Assembly (NCBI GenBank): GCA_951406725.2
Contig: OX597816.1
Span: 167,214,001 to 167,278,000 of the forward strand
Source of the DNA: Octopus vulgaris
Lineage: Eukaryota
DNA: 64,000 bases
Direction: 5' to 3'
A program made the translations under genes and the position numbers. Positions 1 through 14,458 of the stretch are shown here, piece by piece. The stretch's first letter is position 1. Each line of letters opens with the position of its first letter. Below the pieces are notes generated by a model. The model searched no databases. It was not told where the DNA came from and saw only the letters and a program-made list of their open reading frames with translations.

Positions 1-419
1 GTAAGTGTCTTCTGCCATAAAAGTAGAAATGGCTGAAGGAAACTACTGAGTAAGGTAGGTGTGCAGCTATTGTCACCACTACCACCATCATTTTATATTG
101 CCGTCCAAGAATTTGGACCTGGAGAACTCCATTTCCAGCGACTTCGAGGGTCACCTCCCAGTGGTGTCGGGCGTCAACTAAGAGCCATCGACTACAACAA
201 GACGACCAAAGTTTTTTTTTTTCCAAGGCCTGGGGTTTCCCGCCTCTAAGCCCTAGACCATCACCCTTACCTGTCTTGTTGCTTAAAAACAACAATCATT
301 TTACATCTGCTTTCCATGTTAGCATGAGTTAGAGGTGTTGTATCACAGTCCAAAATGGGGCATACTGAAAGTTGCTGTCCTCCCAGAGAAGTCAGAGGAC
401 CAGGTCTTGCATGTATTCT

Positions 420-770
420 TTTACTTCTTACAGTCATTTGACAGCAGTCATGCTGGAGCACTGCTTTTAGTCAAACAAATTGACTCCAGGACTTATTCTT
501 TGTAATCCTAGTACTTATTCTATCGGTCTCTTTAGCCAAAAAGTTAAGGGGACAAACACAGACACACAGATACATTCATACATATATATATATAAATATA
601 TATATACACATGACAGGCTTCTTTCAGTTTCTGTCTACCAGATCCACTCACAAGGTTTCGGTTGGCCCAAGACTAAAGTAGAAAACACTTGCCCATGGTG
701 CCAAGTAGTGGGACTGAACCCCGAATCTTGATTGGGAAGCAAGCTTCTTACCAGACAGCCACTCCTGCAC
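420..770 (-). mobile_element. SINE family B
   Basis: Colinear with 39241-39611. Confidence 0.78.
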
Positions 771-1376
771 CTGATTCAATTTTTGGCTTGGTTTCTACAA
801 CTGGAGGCTCCTCCCATCACCAACCACTTTACAGAGTGTATGGAGTGAATGAATTTATCATAGCACCAGCACAAGAGAGGTTCCCTTGTTCAAGCAAGGC
901 TAAAGAGTATTCTTTAAACTATATTGTTTCAGTCTGCTTGTTTGCTAGCATCAGCAAGTTATCTCCTCTCCAACCAGATTAGAGTCTACTCTGTCCTTAC
1001 CTCCATAATCTTTTCTTTTCCACATATGTAGGAAGAGAGTGTGAGAGGGGATAATGGAATAGGGATATGAGAGGGGGTATTTTGGGAGAGAGTGACAACA
1101 ATGAAGAAGGGAGGCAGTAAGAGGGGTGTTGAATATGGATGGCTGTAATGCCATCCATAGAGAGAGGGGAGAGAAAGAGAGGGAGAGAAAAAGAGGGAGA
1201 GAGAAAGAGAGACAGTTATATGAAGATTCTTGGTAGGGAGAATGAAAAGAGAGAGACATGTAGAGAACTGGAATTGAACCTCCTAAACAAAGCCAGTCCA
1301 GCCAACAGAGATGATGATGATGAAGATGCTCTGATGAAAAAATAAGAATGACTATTAAACAGGATGCTTAGCTTAC

Positions 1377-1538
1377 CTTGATGCAGAAACCATAGTTACG
1401 TGGGGCATTTGCCTCCTCAACACTGTAGCAAGTTGACAAGTCTATTTTACCATCAACGAAACCCTTTTCTTCAGCTTTTGCATCTTTGAAATAGCGTAAA
1501 GAATTGGCATCTAAAACAAACCAGTGTTTTTTCCAGTC
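1377..1538 (-). CDS. MPRIP: Coding exon, core of second PH domain
   Basis: CTCTGCAG acceptor, AAG|GTAAGC donor, 162 nt, phase 0/0. DWKKHWFVLDANSLRYFKDAKAEEKGFVDGKIDLSTCYSVEEANAPRNYGFCIK closely resembles the MPRIP/TRIOBP PH domain (WKKHWFVL..SLRYY.D..AEE...DG.IDL..C..V.E....RNYGF). Confidence 0.93.
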
Positions 1539-1973
1539 CTGCAGAGAACAGTCCAAGAAGAAGGAGAGAAAGAAAGAAAAATAAAAAGAGAGAGAATAAA
1601 GATTTTGAATCTGAGAAATCATTAAAAAGAAAAAAAAAAAAAAGAAACAAAAAAAAAACACCGGGAAAATAACAATAGTAAATAATGAAAAAAATTAAAC
1701 TTCCCAAATAATAATAAGGATCATGCAGCCATCACCATCTTGAGACAACAACCAACAAGAACAACAACGAGAAGAGCGAAAGAAACAATTCTGTAGCCAA
1801 AAAAGACATGATTGTACAAACCTTCGTTGTAACACTGATCACCTTAATGTGGTTAATTAAGAGATGTAATCAGATAAGGAAATTAAAGAAGGTAAGATTA
1901 AGAAACACCTCGACTAGAAGATGGTTTTACAACAAAACCATTTTACTGATTGCAATTAAGATATAAATACAAG

Positions 1974-2345
1974 TGCAGGCATGACTGTGTGGTAAGAAGC
2001 TTGCTTCCCAACCACATGGTTCCAGGTTCAATCCCGCTGCATGGCACCATGGGCAAGAGTCCTCTACTATAACCTCAGGCTGACCAATGCCTTGTGAGTG
2101 GATATGGTAGACAGAAACTGAAAGAAGCCTGTCGTGTGTGTGTGTGTATGTGTGCGTATGTCCTTCACCATCGTTTGACAACTGTATTGGCGTGTTTATG
2201 TCTCTGTAACTTAGCAGTTCGGCAAAAGTAACCAATAGAATAAGCACCAGACTTGAGTACTAGAATAAGCACTGGGGTTGATTCATTTGACTAAAATTTA
2301 AGACAAAGCTCCAGCATGGGCACAGTCCAATGACTGAAACAAGTA
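1974..2345 (+). mobile_element. SINE family B
   Basis: Forward copy with tRNA-like head, internal (GT)n and GACTGAAACAAG tail. Confidence 0.78.
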
Positions 2346-5300
2346 ACAGATAGAAGAATAAATTAGATTGAAATTTTCTTTTCAACTCTAGGCACAAGGC
2401 CTGAAAGTTCTGGGGAGGGAGGGCAGTAGATTAGATCGACCTCAGTAAGCAACGGTTACTTAATTTATCAAACCTGAAAGAACGAAAAGGCAAATCGACC
2501 TTGGCGGAATTTGAACTCAGAATACCACTAAGAATTTCACTCGGTGTGCTAATGTTTCTGCCAGCTTGCTGCCTTCTAGATTGAAATCATTAAGATGAAA
2601 CTAAAAAAGTAAAAATGGTTTTATACAAGAACCACCAAAATATAATTTGAATAAGATTTGTTATCTAATTGTAGGTGCAGGTGAGACTGTGTAGGCAGCA
2701 GTATGGCCATGTGGCTGAGAAGTTTGCTCTCCAACCACATGGTTTCAAGTTCAATCCCATTGCCTGTATCTTCAACTACAGCACTGGGATGACCATAGTC
2801 TTGTGAGTGGATTTGGGAAAGGAAAGTTGAGAGATGACCATTGTGTGTGTGTGTGTGTGCATGCGTGTGAGTGCCTCCTTGTCTTGACATTGCATGATAG
2901 CTGTAAACAAGCATCACTTGTCATACAAGCAGAGTCATTCAGTTCCTATTTCTGCATAAACATGTCTGGCCATGGCAAATATTACTTTGCTTGGAAACAG
3001 ATGAGGGTTGGTAACGGGAAGGGCATCCAGCTGTGGAAATTTTCTTCAATAAACTCCATCCATGCAAGCACAGGAAGGCGGATGTTAAAAAAAATTGAAC
3101 CAAACTATTTTTGATATCAAAGAAATACCTCGACTAGAAGACCAAGAAATTATGTAAAATATGTAGGAGCGTGTGTGTGTATGTATTGTTTAAATGGCAA
3201 ATTATCTTAGAGCATATCAAGTTAATTTTAGTTAATATATTTATTTCAAAATTCATTTGTATCCAAGAAAAGACCTATATAAACTAATTCTTAAATGCTT
3301 GGAGTGCAACACACAAAAGTTTACCAGAAAAGGATATGGAACCAAAAGACAAGAACATCAAAAAATTTTTTCACAGAAGGAAACAACAACCCAATTTCTT
3401 GCCCTTTTCCTTCTCCATGAGCTATTTCAAAAATTACCAATCAAAGATCACACCTGTAGCACAAGACAGGTGTAATAGAAAGAAAAAAAAAAATTACCCT
3501 TAATTCTGCTGCTTCTATTGTTTTGTATTTGGTAAACTTCCTATTACTGAAGGAACTCACATTACCTTATCTATAACTAACAAGGAAACGAGAAAGTCGA
3601 AATGAGAAGCTATCTGACATACAACAAGCCATTATAGATATTTTCAGGTGAGATTTGTGTCTTTGTCTCTCACCTGGTTAAGTCTGGAAACAAAAAAGAC
3701 ATTGATAACAAATCTTTCAAAAGAATTCTCAAGAAATCTTGTGAGATAAAAACCATTTTACTACAAAGATCCTATTTCTTTTAACTTTGAAATTCCAACA
3801 AAGTAAAAACTGGCAATGCCAAGGATATTCCACCATTTTTAGATATTTGAAAGAATTTGTAATCTTCACTGCCAAACAATATTGCATGTGGATGTGCTTT
3901 GTGGAAATTTAACAAACAAATTGTTTAAAATAACAGATACATGACAAAGATGATTAGTGGAGGCCTTAGTATATGGTGCAAAGTGAGATGTGAGAGGTTT
4001 AAGTAGGTTCGGTGTGTCAGCAGACAATTCCAAAACACAAGCTGGGTTTGTGACAAGCTAACAAGTCAAATGCTGGTTAAGTAAGTAGAGTGGAAGGCAC
4101 AGGTCTAAAACAGTGAGAAACATACAAAGAATTTAACAATTCCAACAGATAAGTTTGGTAGATCGTTTGATTAAAATTCTTGCATTGGAAATTCTTGATT
4201 TCAGCTGTGGAATTTCATTGGTTAAGAAACTACATACAATCAAAATAACCTGATCTGAAGGGTGGGTGACTGAGGCAATTACCATGATATTGGAGATTGA
4301 ATACATTTTGGTCCTATCACATATAGAGTGGCAGTGAGGTTAAGGTCTTAGATTTACCATCATTATTTAATGTGCTTTCCTTGCTGGCATGGCTCAGATA
4401 GTTTGACAGGAACTGATGAGCTAGAAGACTGTGCTGAGTTCCAATATCTGTTTTGGCATGGTTTCTACAGCTGGATGCCTTTCTTAAAGCCAACCACCTT
4501 ACAGAGTGTACTGGGTACTTTTTTTTTCTGTAGCACCTATACTAGTGAGGTCATCAAGTAAACTGCACAATTAAGATCCTCATCAAATGAGTGGGACTAC
4601 AGTAGAGAGGGAAGTGGCTTTATGTCAGGTGATGATCAAAGGAATTCCACCTGTTCAGTATATAGAAATTTACACTGTATACTTCCTTTTTAAAGAAGGT
4701 AGATATACTTTGAGGGATATTTAACTGCCATATCTACCAGGTCAAGTGTATACACAAAAGTAGCCTAATTAGCTGGTTAAATATTGTTAAACTAATTAAC
4801 GAAAGCATTATTGCCAATGGTCCTGTGATATTACAAAATAACTCAAATCTACATAAGTATAATTCCATTACCAAACCATTACCGACTTAATTAGTAAAGA
4901 GTCTTTTCTTGTTGCATCATTTGCATAAAATCAAATAAATCAGTGACAAATTTTGATGACACTGCATTGTCTTTGGTAGTTAATTTTGGTGGCGCACCAC
5001 TACACTCTTGGAGTGATTGGCGTTAGAAAGAGCATCCAGCTGTAGAAACATTGCCAGATCAGATTGGAGCCTGGTGCAGCCGCTGGCTTTCTAGTCCTCA
5101 GTCAAACCATCCAACCCATGCTAGCATGGAAAACAGATGTTAAACGAAGATAATGTTTATGTTCCAGATATCAGCTTAAAAACGACAAAGTTATTTTACT
5201 AAGTTCTTTATTATTTTTAACATAATTTGAAACAAATACAGTGTATTTAAACAAAGTGGTTAATATAGCTAAAAAACATAATTACATTTAGATCTAACTT

Positions 5301-8300
5301 CCTTTGTAAACTAAACTGCACAAAATTTTCAACACAGGTCTCAAGTAACCAATAGGGTAAAACAAATCTAATAATGCTTTAAAAACTAGTAAAAATATAA
5401 ACCACCTCAGCACACTTGCCTTTAGGAGAACTCGACTTTATTCAGACAGGTTACTTTAAGAGTTAAGCCTTAATTTATTTTTCATATAAAACCAACAGGA
5501 TTTGTAATGAATCTGTGATTGTCTTTGATCACACTGGAACCAATTACAATGTTTCTCTTGTGCTGTACCAACCAAATTATGTATTTTTTTTACATGCAGC
5601 ATGCCAACAATCTGCCAATAATTGCTTATTTTAACCATCTCACATCTTGTATTATTATCATTGTGGGGTTCTTACCCTTGATAGTCAGGGTGGTCCTGGA
5701 TTTGCAGGGTTCCTTGGCTGGCCCTAGTTGGAGGCTCTCCAGTAACATCTATTTATATATTGTGTATATTGTTGATACTTTTCGTCTAATTTCTTCCCAC
5801 CAAATTTTTTACCCTTTATGCAACCCCACCTCAACTGTACCCTGTTTTTGTAATGTCTCCCTCGTTGATGCCCCTGTGGCACATAAAATCATTATTATTA
5901 TAACCCTCTTACATCCCATATTATTACCATTATTTTATATCTTGGAATTGGTGAACAATAGCATTACTAGTTACAGGTTTTCAGTGAACTAGTCAATGAT
6001 AAGGGAGTGTTTCTAAGTTTGTGCAGAACAAATATCACAAGGAGTTTCGTGATCCTTAAATATGTCCTTGAATATAAAAATATTTTCAAACTGAAAATTT
6101 TTTTTTATTTAGAGATAAGTAAAAAGATGAAACAATTCCATTCAAGAAACTTATGAGAATAACCCAAATGTAACAAACATTATCTTAAAAATATCAAGAC
6201 ACAAAGAGTCCATCCTATGTCAGCATCTTTTTGAAAAACCCTTCACACATACACCCTAAACTGGGTGCTATAATAAGAGTGCATCTCTCTACATTTCTTC
6301 GTTGTCCTAACATCATTTCTTCCAGCTAATGACTATCCCACACACTTTCCTCTCAGCTTAGGTTTTAGGGTTATTATAACCAAGGTGTGGATTCACATTT
6401 CCTAAAGAAACATTTTCTGACGAATTGGCCAATATATATCTCCTATGGGTAAATTATTTTCAATAATTTTTGCCATAATTTTCTATATCATGGTCCTTTT
6501 TGGATCAGCTTTTCTTATTTTGGCATGGGTTACATGAGATTTATCAAGGTAACTTTTCTAGGACCAACTTTTTCTTGTTTCCATGTAAGGTGCTATTTCC
6601 TTAGATCCTTTGAATGACAAACCATTCATCAGCCATACACGAATTTTTATAACATTTTGAAACCACAGAGAGAATAGACAGTTGGAGCTTCAAAGAGATT
6701 AAAAAGTGGACACCAACTCTATCACAAAAGTATTTACTGTTCAATCTCTTCCTCTCTTTGAAATGTGAGCAGCTATACAGCTCCTCTACAATGTGTTACT
6801 CTCCACTTTTTGCATACTTAAACCTATAATACCTATGAAGCCCCCCCATTCATCTCTTGGGGTTCGTAGTCTTGCAAGCTGAGGGTGTCTTAATTGGTGC
6901 TGGTGGCACAAAAAATGCACCTAGTACATGCTGTAAAGTGGTTGACATTAAGAAGGGCATCCAGCCATAGAAACCATGCCAAAGCAGATAGTGGAGAACA
7001 ATGTAACCCTTGGCCCTGTCGGAGCTTGTCAAACCATCCAACCCATGTCAGCATGAAACATGGATGCTAAATTTTGATGATGCAACAATCTGAAGAGAAT
7101 GGGATCACACACACACACACACACACGCACAAACACATGCACATTTACAGTTTTCTATTTATTAATTCTACTCACGTGGTCAGCCTGAAGTTACGAAACT
7201 GATGTAGAAAACATTTGCCTAAGATGCTTGGCAGTAGGAACAAGCTTAAAACCATATAGTTGTGAAGTGGACACCTTAACATTTGGTCATACCTGTCTCA
7301 TCAATATAATATTCAGCAGAATATCCAGGTGAAATGATTGGAATTAATTTTACCAAAGGAAGAGAAAATATTGGCTATAATGAACAGAGAAAAGATTTGC
7401 AGAAACTGTAACCATAACAACCAAAAACTAAAGAACAGCTTTAAAGCAAACTGTAGACAACAAAGTTTTATACCCTAATTGTGTGTGTGTGTGTGTGCGT
7501 AACTCTGAATTCAGTACAGAAAGTAAATACATGTTGCTTGAATAGAGGAGTTGACATCTCTTATTTGTAATAGCTTTTCTCTATTTATTCAATTGAAGAA
7601 AGAAATAGTTTTGACCCTCTCGGGATAATTACAGTAGAAGAAATGCCTGCAGGTAGTGAACATTTTTAAGACAGTAAAGGTGTCGCCAGAAAATCTCATC
7701 TTTGACAATACTAAGGTGCTAGTAATTAATAATAATTCTAAATTTGATGCTAGGTCAGTAATTGAGGGGGAGGCAACAAGTTGACTACAATAGTCCCAGT
7801 AATTGACTGGTGCTTTATTTCCATCAACCCCCAAAAGGCTTAAAAGGCAACGCTGACCTTGGCAGATTTTGAAGTCAGAACATAAACAGGTAGAAGGAAT
7901 GTAGCTAAGGATTTTGCCAGCTTGCCACCACCTTACCATTAATAATGATAATGATTTCAAATTTTAGCCACAAGGGCAGCTTGGGGAAGGGGATTAAGTA
8001 ATTTACATCAACCCCAGTGCATAACTGGTACTTATTTAATCGACCCCGAAAGGATGAAAGGCAAAGTTGACCGTGGCAGAATTTGAACTCAAAACGAATA
8101 ATAATAATAGTGGTTTCAAATTTTGGTGTGGGAGGGATTCAGTTGATTACTGTGGGCCCAGTGCTGGCATTTATTTTATAAATCTTGAAAGAATGAAAAG
8201 TAAAGCTGACCACAGCAAAAATGCAATCAAAATGTAAAAGGCAGAAGATGCACCGCTAAGTATTTTATCTGATGTTCTAATGGTTCTACCAGCTTGCTAC

Positions 8301-8303
8301 CTT

Positions 8304-8339
<36 letters not shown>

Positions 8340-8533
8340 CCTCTCTACAATGGGCAAAATTTTGGAGGAGGTGGTAAGTCAATTACATTAACCCCAGTGC
8401 AAAACTGGTACTTCTTTTATGGATTTATATATAAATATATTTTAATATATTTATATATAAATATTTTTTTTTTTACTCTAGTTTCAGCTCAGAGCTGTGG
8501 GCATGCTGATGCACCAGTTTAGCTACACTGTTA

Positions 8534-8800
8534 TTACTGAGAGTTTACTCCAATATGTGGCACTTGGTGAAAAATGGAGTTTGATGTAGCTACCCTCATT
8601 TGCACCTCTTGCCGTGAGGTAGGTTCATCTGGGACTCTTGACAGGAAGAGGTCCAGCCTTGATTTAAAAGCACATACATCTACATTATTCAGGTTCCTCA
8701 GGCTCTTTGAGAGCCCCTGAAACCCAGGCTGTTGCAGTAACTGGTTCTGAAGCACGATGGCATTGGTGGGATCTTTGACACTATTCAGTGTCAACCCGTT
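8534..8800 (-). mobile_element. CR1/L2-group LINE 3' fragment
   Basis: LRNL...FKSRLDLFLSRVPDEP...SNSIFHQ resembles the C-terminus of CR1-like ORF2. Confidence 0.7.
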
Positions 8801-8867
8801 CTGGCATTGGTGTAGCTTTCAATACCAAAATTTGGCATAATTCAATCCATACATTATTTTAATATAT

Positions 8868-8904
<37 letters not shown>

Positions 8905-8907
<3 letters not shown>

Positions 8908-9121
8908 TAATCCCTTGACTATTGCAGGTGTTACATTCCAAAACACTCATGATGGGTGAAAAATCTGCAAAGTAGAAACAGTACTGTACTGTATATTTTT
9001 TAAAATCATTTTTATAATTTGTATGTATTTATTTTATTATAAATGCAAAACACCACAGAGGAATTAATGTAAACTTTAATAAACCACAATAGGTGAACTG
9101 CAATATGGCAAGGGATTACTG
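8905..9121. mobile_element. Tigger/pogo-like MITE
   Basis: TA|CAGTAATCCCTTG ... CAAGGGATTACTG|TA: perfect 13-bp TIR with TA target duplication. Confidence 0.85.
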
Positions 9122-9741
9122 TACTATTTTAATATAAATATTAAAAAAAAAATATATATATATATTATATTATATTTTAATATATTTATATATAAGCAGC
9201 TTTATTATACTATATACCAGTTACTATAAATTTTAATATGTCTTTTGTATTGTTTCCATAGTATGTGTTAGGTCAGGTATGAAGACTTCTTAGATACCCC
9301 TCAGCAATCTTGTTAACATTTCCTGTTTGCACTCCCTCCAAACACCTGCTTTATTTATTTATTTATTTTTTTTAGAGATAACTAGTAAAGGAAAAGTGCA
9401 AAATGAGGCCTCATCGCCAGGACAACAGTATGTGAGCGAGGTGATGTAAGATGAGTGGGGTTGGAATGTATTTGAGAGCTGGGTAGGAGAAGAGTATCAA
9501 ATGGATGTCTGAGCATGGAATGAAGTTATGCCCTCAGCCCAAAGAGAATAAGGAACTGGATATGTGCGTGTGTGTGTGTAAAATGGGTTCAAATTTTGGC
9601 ACAAGGCCAGCAATTTTAGGGATAGAGTATAGTTGATTATATTGACCCTAGCACTCAACTGGTACTTATTTTATCCACTCCAAAAGGATGAAAGGAAAAG
9701 TTGATCTGAGTGGCATTTGAACTCAGAATATAAAACAATAA

Positions 9742-10060
9742 CTGGCACTGTCGCTTACGACGAAGGTTCCAGTTGATCCGATCAACAGAGCAGCTTGCTT
9801 ATGAGATTAACATGCAAGTGGCTGAGTACTCCAGACACGCATGCCCCTTTACATATTTCTCAGGGAGATTCAGTATGACACAGAGTGTGACAAGGCTGGC
9901 CCTTGAAATACAGGAACTACTCATTTTTTGCCAGCTGAGTAGACTGGAGCAAGGTGAAATTAAGTGTCTTGCTCAAGGACAAAACATGCCACCAGGAATC
10001 AAGCTCACGATCCTATGATTGCGAGCTGAATACCCGAACCACTAAGCCATGTGCTTTCAC
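9742..10060 (-). mobile_element. tRNA-derived SINE family D
   Basis: Minus-strand head TGGCTTAGTGGTT...GAGCTTGATTCC then CCTTGAGCAAGACACTT; related copies at about 15849-16175, 46930-47135 and 25140-25400. Confidence 0.75.
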
Positions 10061-10138
10061 GACTCAGTATAGATGGCTAGAAGAAATGCTGCTAAGCATG
10101 TTGTCTTGTGTGCCAAGGATTCAGTCAGCTTGCCATTA

Positions 10139-10172
<34 letters not shown>

Positions 10173-11791
10173 TGTGTGCGTAGTGTGTGTGTGTGTGTAG
10201 TATGTGTGTTAAGGATTTTTGCTTCAAATGCACATATGCAACAAAATGGGGGAGAAAATAAACCAATAAAATAAAGATATAAGAAAATATAAAAAATAAA
10301 ACAAAAAGCAGATGAAACAGAGAAAGAATTTGGCATTGGTAAGCAATGACAGTCAAAGAATCCTGCAACTAGAAATACTTCTACATCTAAACATGAACAG
10401 CAGAATTCTGTGAAGATTTCCTTTTTAGATTTACTATCTGTGAATTCTTAAAGCTTGGCATCACTACAAGTTTTGGTAAGAACTTTTCTAAATATGGCAG
10501 TTTAAAGGAATTTTAAAGCTTTCTATTTTTGTCTTTGCTTTTATTTATTTATCTACTTTTTCTTTTCTAAAAAAGAGTTCACACGTTTCTTGGATTGAGG
10601 TAATGAAAACACCTCCTCCCTCTTTAGAATACAAAGGCGGCAGCAGTAACAGTTACAACAACAACACTATTTCCAGTATGTAATAGAAAATATGAATTAC
10701 TTGGTAAGCCATGCTTCAAATGAGGCAAGCAAAACAATTATTATTATTATTTTTATTATTATTGTCATTATTATTAATACTAAAAGCCTAGGAAGCTTAC
10801 TACATCATAAGACATTATATGGAAGCCTAAAAAAAAAAAATGAAGTAAAATATATGACAGCCATAGTAGAACCAATAAGAGGAGGAGAATAAGGAGGAAG
10901 AGGAGGAGGCAGAAGAGAAGTCATTAAGACAGATGTAATTGTGCAAGGCTGTTATTTACTGAATTTAGGAGAATCTTTTTTTTTTTTCCGAAGAAAATCA
11001 ACAAACCAAAAAATATTTAAGATCACACAAACGGCAAGCTTAGTTGTATTTTTCTTACCATTTTTAAATTGGAGGAAAATTTATAAAGTAAACATCAGAC
11101 AATCTTGAAAGATGGAAATATAGTTTTTTTTGATAAATCAGTACATAATCTAAATTATATATATAATAAAACGATATTCATATATTTTTACTTTAGTGTA
11201 TATGAAATTTAAAAAAAAATATATATTTTAATTTTAATAAATGCAAATTAAAAAACAAAATGGAAGAAAAAAAATCATTAAGAAAGGAAAAATTAATTTA
11301 AATATTTAATAGATTTAAAAAAGTTTATAGACTGTTCAAGAGGATTCAGTGACAATAGAATCCAAATAAATGTCGTAACTATTGTAGGATTAAGTAATAA
11401 TAATAATAATGGTATTGATTTTATTAACCCTGAAAGGATGAAAGGTAAAGTCACACTCAACGGCATTTGAAGTCAGAAGGTAAAGAACTAGAGGAAACAC
11501 TTAAGCATTTTGCTTGACATGTTAACAATTCTCCCAGCTCACTGCTATTTTAAGCTATAATTTTTTTGTTTTTTCTATTATAAATATAAGGTCTGAAATT
11601 TGGTGGGATTTGGCAAGGTGATAACATTGACCTCAAAACCAAAGAAATGGTAAAGTCAACCCCAGCAGAATTTGAACCCAGGATGTAAAGAGCTGGAAGA
11701 AAAGTTGTTTAGCATTTTGTCCAGTGTGGTAATAAACCTGCCAGCTCGTTACCTTAATAACGATAATTCTTTCTAACATCGACACAAGGCC

Positions 11792-12030
11792 TGCAAGGAT
11801 CATGGCAGCATTCACCAACCAAACAGGGAGGCCATCCAGAAGTGCTGCAGGAGATTCCGAAGTCGTCTGGAGGCCATGGTTGAAGCCAATGGTGATTTTA
11901 TTGAATAAATTTACTCTTTAGTATATCGAGATACTTTTAATATAATTTTGGTAAATGTATGTTAAAATGAGATGTCAGCATTATTTTCATTTTTGCGTAA
12001 TTTAGACGACAGTTTGTTCACCGTAACCTG
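11792..12030 (+). mobile_element. 3' fragment of a Tc1/mariner-superfamily transposon (possibly DD37D/maT-like)
   Basis: Encodes ...QKCCRRFRSRLEAMVEANGDFIE*, a typical transposase C-terminus, and ends in CCTG|TA. Confidence 0.7.
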
Positions 12031-12809
12031 TATGTATATATATATATGAGTTAAAAACCCCTTGGACAGATAAAAAGGGTTAAAAGTAACCCACACAGAC
12101 AGGCTGCCAGTTACACTAAGGCAACCTTCCATTTTAAATGAGCCCCGCACTCAAGAAAATAATTTAGTTAAACAACATGATTTTAGTCATCCATTGATGT
12201 TAAATGAATGCAGTAAATTAAACAAAATGGTAAAAGAATGAAAGAAATTTAAGTTGATAAAAGAAGACAGGCTGCTGTCTGAAGGAAAAGTTTTTTCCTC
12301 TTGTCAAGACAAAAATGTTAGAAGGAAAGGCCATTTTTATAGAGAACCAATTGAATAGGCAGAGGATAGACAAGAAAAATAATTTATAGGAGTGAGCCAT
12401 GAAGAAAGTTTCCAAGAAAAAAAAAAAAATGGAATGGAGAAAAAAGAAAAATTCTAGAAGTTGAGAAATAAAAATGTTTAAATAAAAAAGAAAAATAGAA
12501 ACTACAAGATTCTTTCAAATGGAAATAATTGAAATTTAAAAGAAACTATACATATATATATAATAAAAATTATTATTATTGTTGTTATTATTTGAAATAG
12601 TTTCATGTGGACCATGTGACAAAGTTTCGTAGCCTTTTTACAGAAACCTATCTTGCCAGGTCAGCTAACTGATTCGGTTAAGTATTTAAGTATACAAAAC
12701 TAAGTTGTGTGGGGCTGGATCAAACTGTTTTAAATAATAATAGTAATAATGTATATAACTCCTACTAAATGTGTTGTGCTCCTGTTTCTTTCATTAGTCC
12801 ACTCACCCC

Positions 12810-12854
<45 letters not shown>

Positions 12855-12855
<1 letters not shown>

Positions 12856-13580
12856 GGAACTTGTGGAAGAGGTAGACTTGAGGTGGTGAAGCATGACCTT
12901 CGACCATTGGGCCTCACAGATGCAATGACAGGAGACAGAGACCTTTGGAGATATGCTGTGATTGAGAAGACCCAGCAACTAAAGTGGGATCACAGCCATG
13001 ACTGATGCCACTGTTGCATGTCCGACCCATTTAAGAGTACCCTCGAGGCATTGAGCGATATATGCTTAAGACCTGTTGAGTCAAGTAAAACCAAAATCGC
13101 AACTGTGGCCAGTGCCCCCTAACTGTCTTCTGTTCTGGTGTCATGTAAAATGCATCATCCGAAAGTGGTTGATGCCAGTATCCCCCGACTGGCTGCAGTG
13201 CCAGTGGAATGTAAAAAGCACCATCCAAATGTAGTGGGTGCTAGGTCCGCCTGATTGGCTCCCTTGCCAGTGGCATGTAAAAGGCACTATCTGAATGTAA
13301 TCGATGCCAGGCTAGCCTAAGCAACTCTTGTGCCAGTGACACATAAAAAGCACCCACTACACTCTCGGAGTGGTTGGCATTAGGAAGGGCATCCAGCTGT
13401 TGAAACATTGCCAGATCAGACTGGAGCCTGTCAGAGTGGTTGGTATTAGGAAGGGCATCCAGCTGTTGAAACATTGCCAGATCAGATTGGAGCCTGGTGC
13501 AGCTGTTGGCTCTCCAGACCTCAGTCAAACTGTCCAATCCATATCAGCATGGAAAATGGACGTTAAACGATGATGATGAT
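12855..13580 (+). mobile_element. Short RTE LINE tail with 3' UTR subrepeats and (GAT)n end
   Basis: GTCGRGR..EVVKHDL similar to the 55046 copy, then GGCAYGTAAAAAGCAC subrepeats, the AGGAAGGGCATCCAGC block and a GATGATGAT tail. Confidence 0.7.
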
Positions 13581-14344
13581 ATGCATTTGTGGGTATTTAA
13601 AATTTAAACTTTTCAACAGAAACGAGTACAACTGAAGAAAGCTTTAGTTTCAAACATTTAACATGGAACTGAAAATAATGATGATGATAATAATGATTTC
13701 TGATTTAGGCCAGCAGTTTTTTTGAGAGGGGAGGACTTAGTCAATACAAAAACAGTACTTGACCGGTTTTGTATTGAGTTTGAAAATACAAAAGGCAAGG
13801 CTGACCATGGCAGGATTTGAACTCAGATTATAAAAGGCCAAAACGAATACCACTAGTAATTAAAAGTAATAAATAAATAAAAATTGAAAGTAAAAAAAAT
13901 ATTAAAATAAAGCAAATTCAAAAGTAATTATAAAATGAAAGAGAGAAAGAGAGAGTGAAAGAGATAGAGAGACCATAATATTTGTTGTACCCAACTACCT
14001 GACCCAGTGAAAGAGTGTGAAAGAATCTGTATAAACCAAATCTATATTGTAAGATATGTTACTGACATGTGAGAGAGACAAAGAGAAAGAGAATGAGAAA
14101 GAGAGTGAGAGTGCTTAAAAGAAATGAATATATATTAAATATTTACTTGCATTGTATGTCATGACATTATATAAAGTAAAAGAACAAAAGTGTTACAGAG
14201 TTGTTGTGTGTGTACCTGCCAGTAACTGCTTGCTGTTCAATTGTATTAAGAAATGTTCACGTTAGAAAAGTTGGTGCAGAGGGCAACATATATGTGTGCA
14301 TGTGTGTGTGTGTAAATATATATGTATATATTATTCTGTTCATG

Positions 14345-14458
14345 TCGGCCTCTTACTACCCTTGAGTTTCACTTTAGGCACACAAAATCTTCAGCGAAGT
14401 TGTGTCTCTACTTGCCTGAAGATCCTGTGTGCCTACAAGTGAAACTCAGAAAGGCTGA
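14345..14458. repeat. Imperfect palindrome with two divergent hammerhead-like cores
   Basis: TGAGTTTCACTT..GGCACACA..ATCTTCAG pairs with CTGAAGAT..TGTGTGCC..AAGTGAAACTCA. Confidence 0.8.

Noticed and set aside
5519-5992. 157-aa hydrophobic ORF
   Set aside because: No recognisable motif, non-ATG start, antisense to the host gene, composition explained by T-richness.
12612-12666. Another hammerhead-like motif (GTGACAA...GAAACCT-loop-AGGTC)
   Set aside because: Stem III and GTC triplet are good, but the core and stems I/II are too degenerate to separate from chance.
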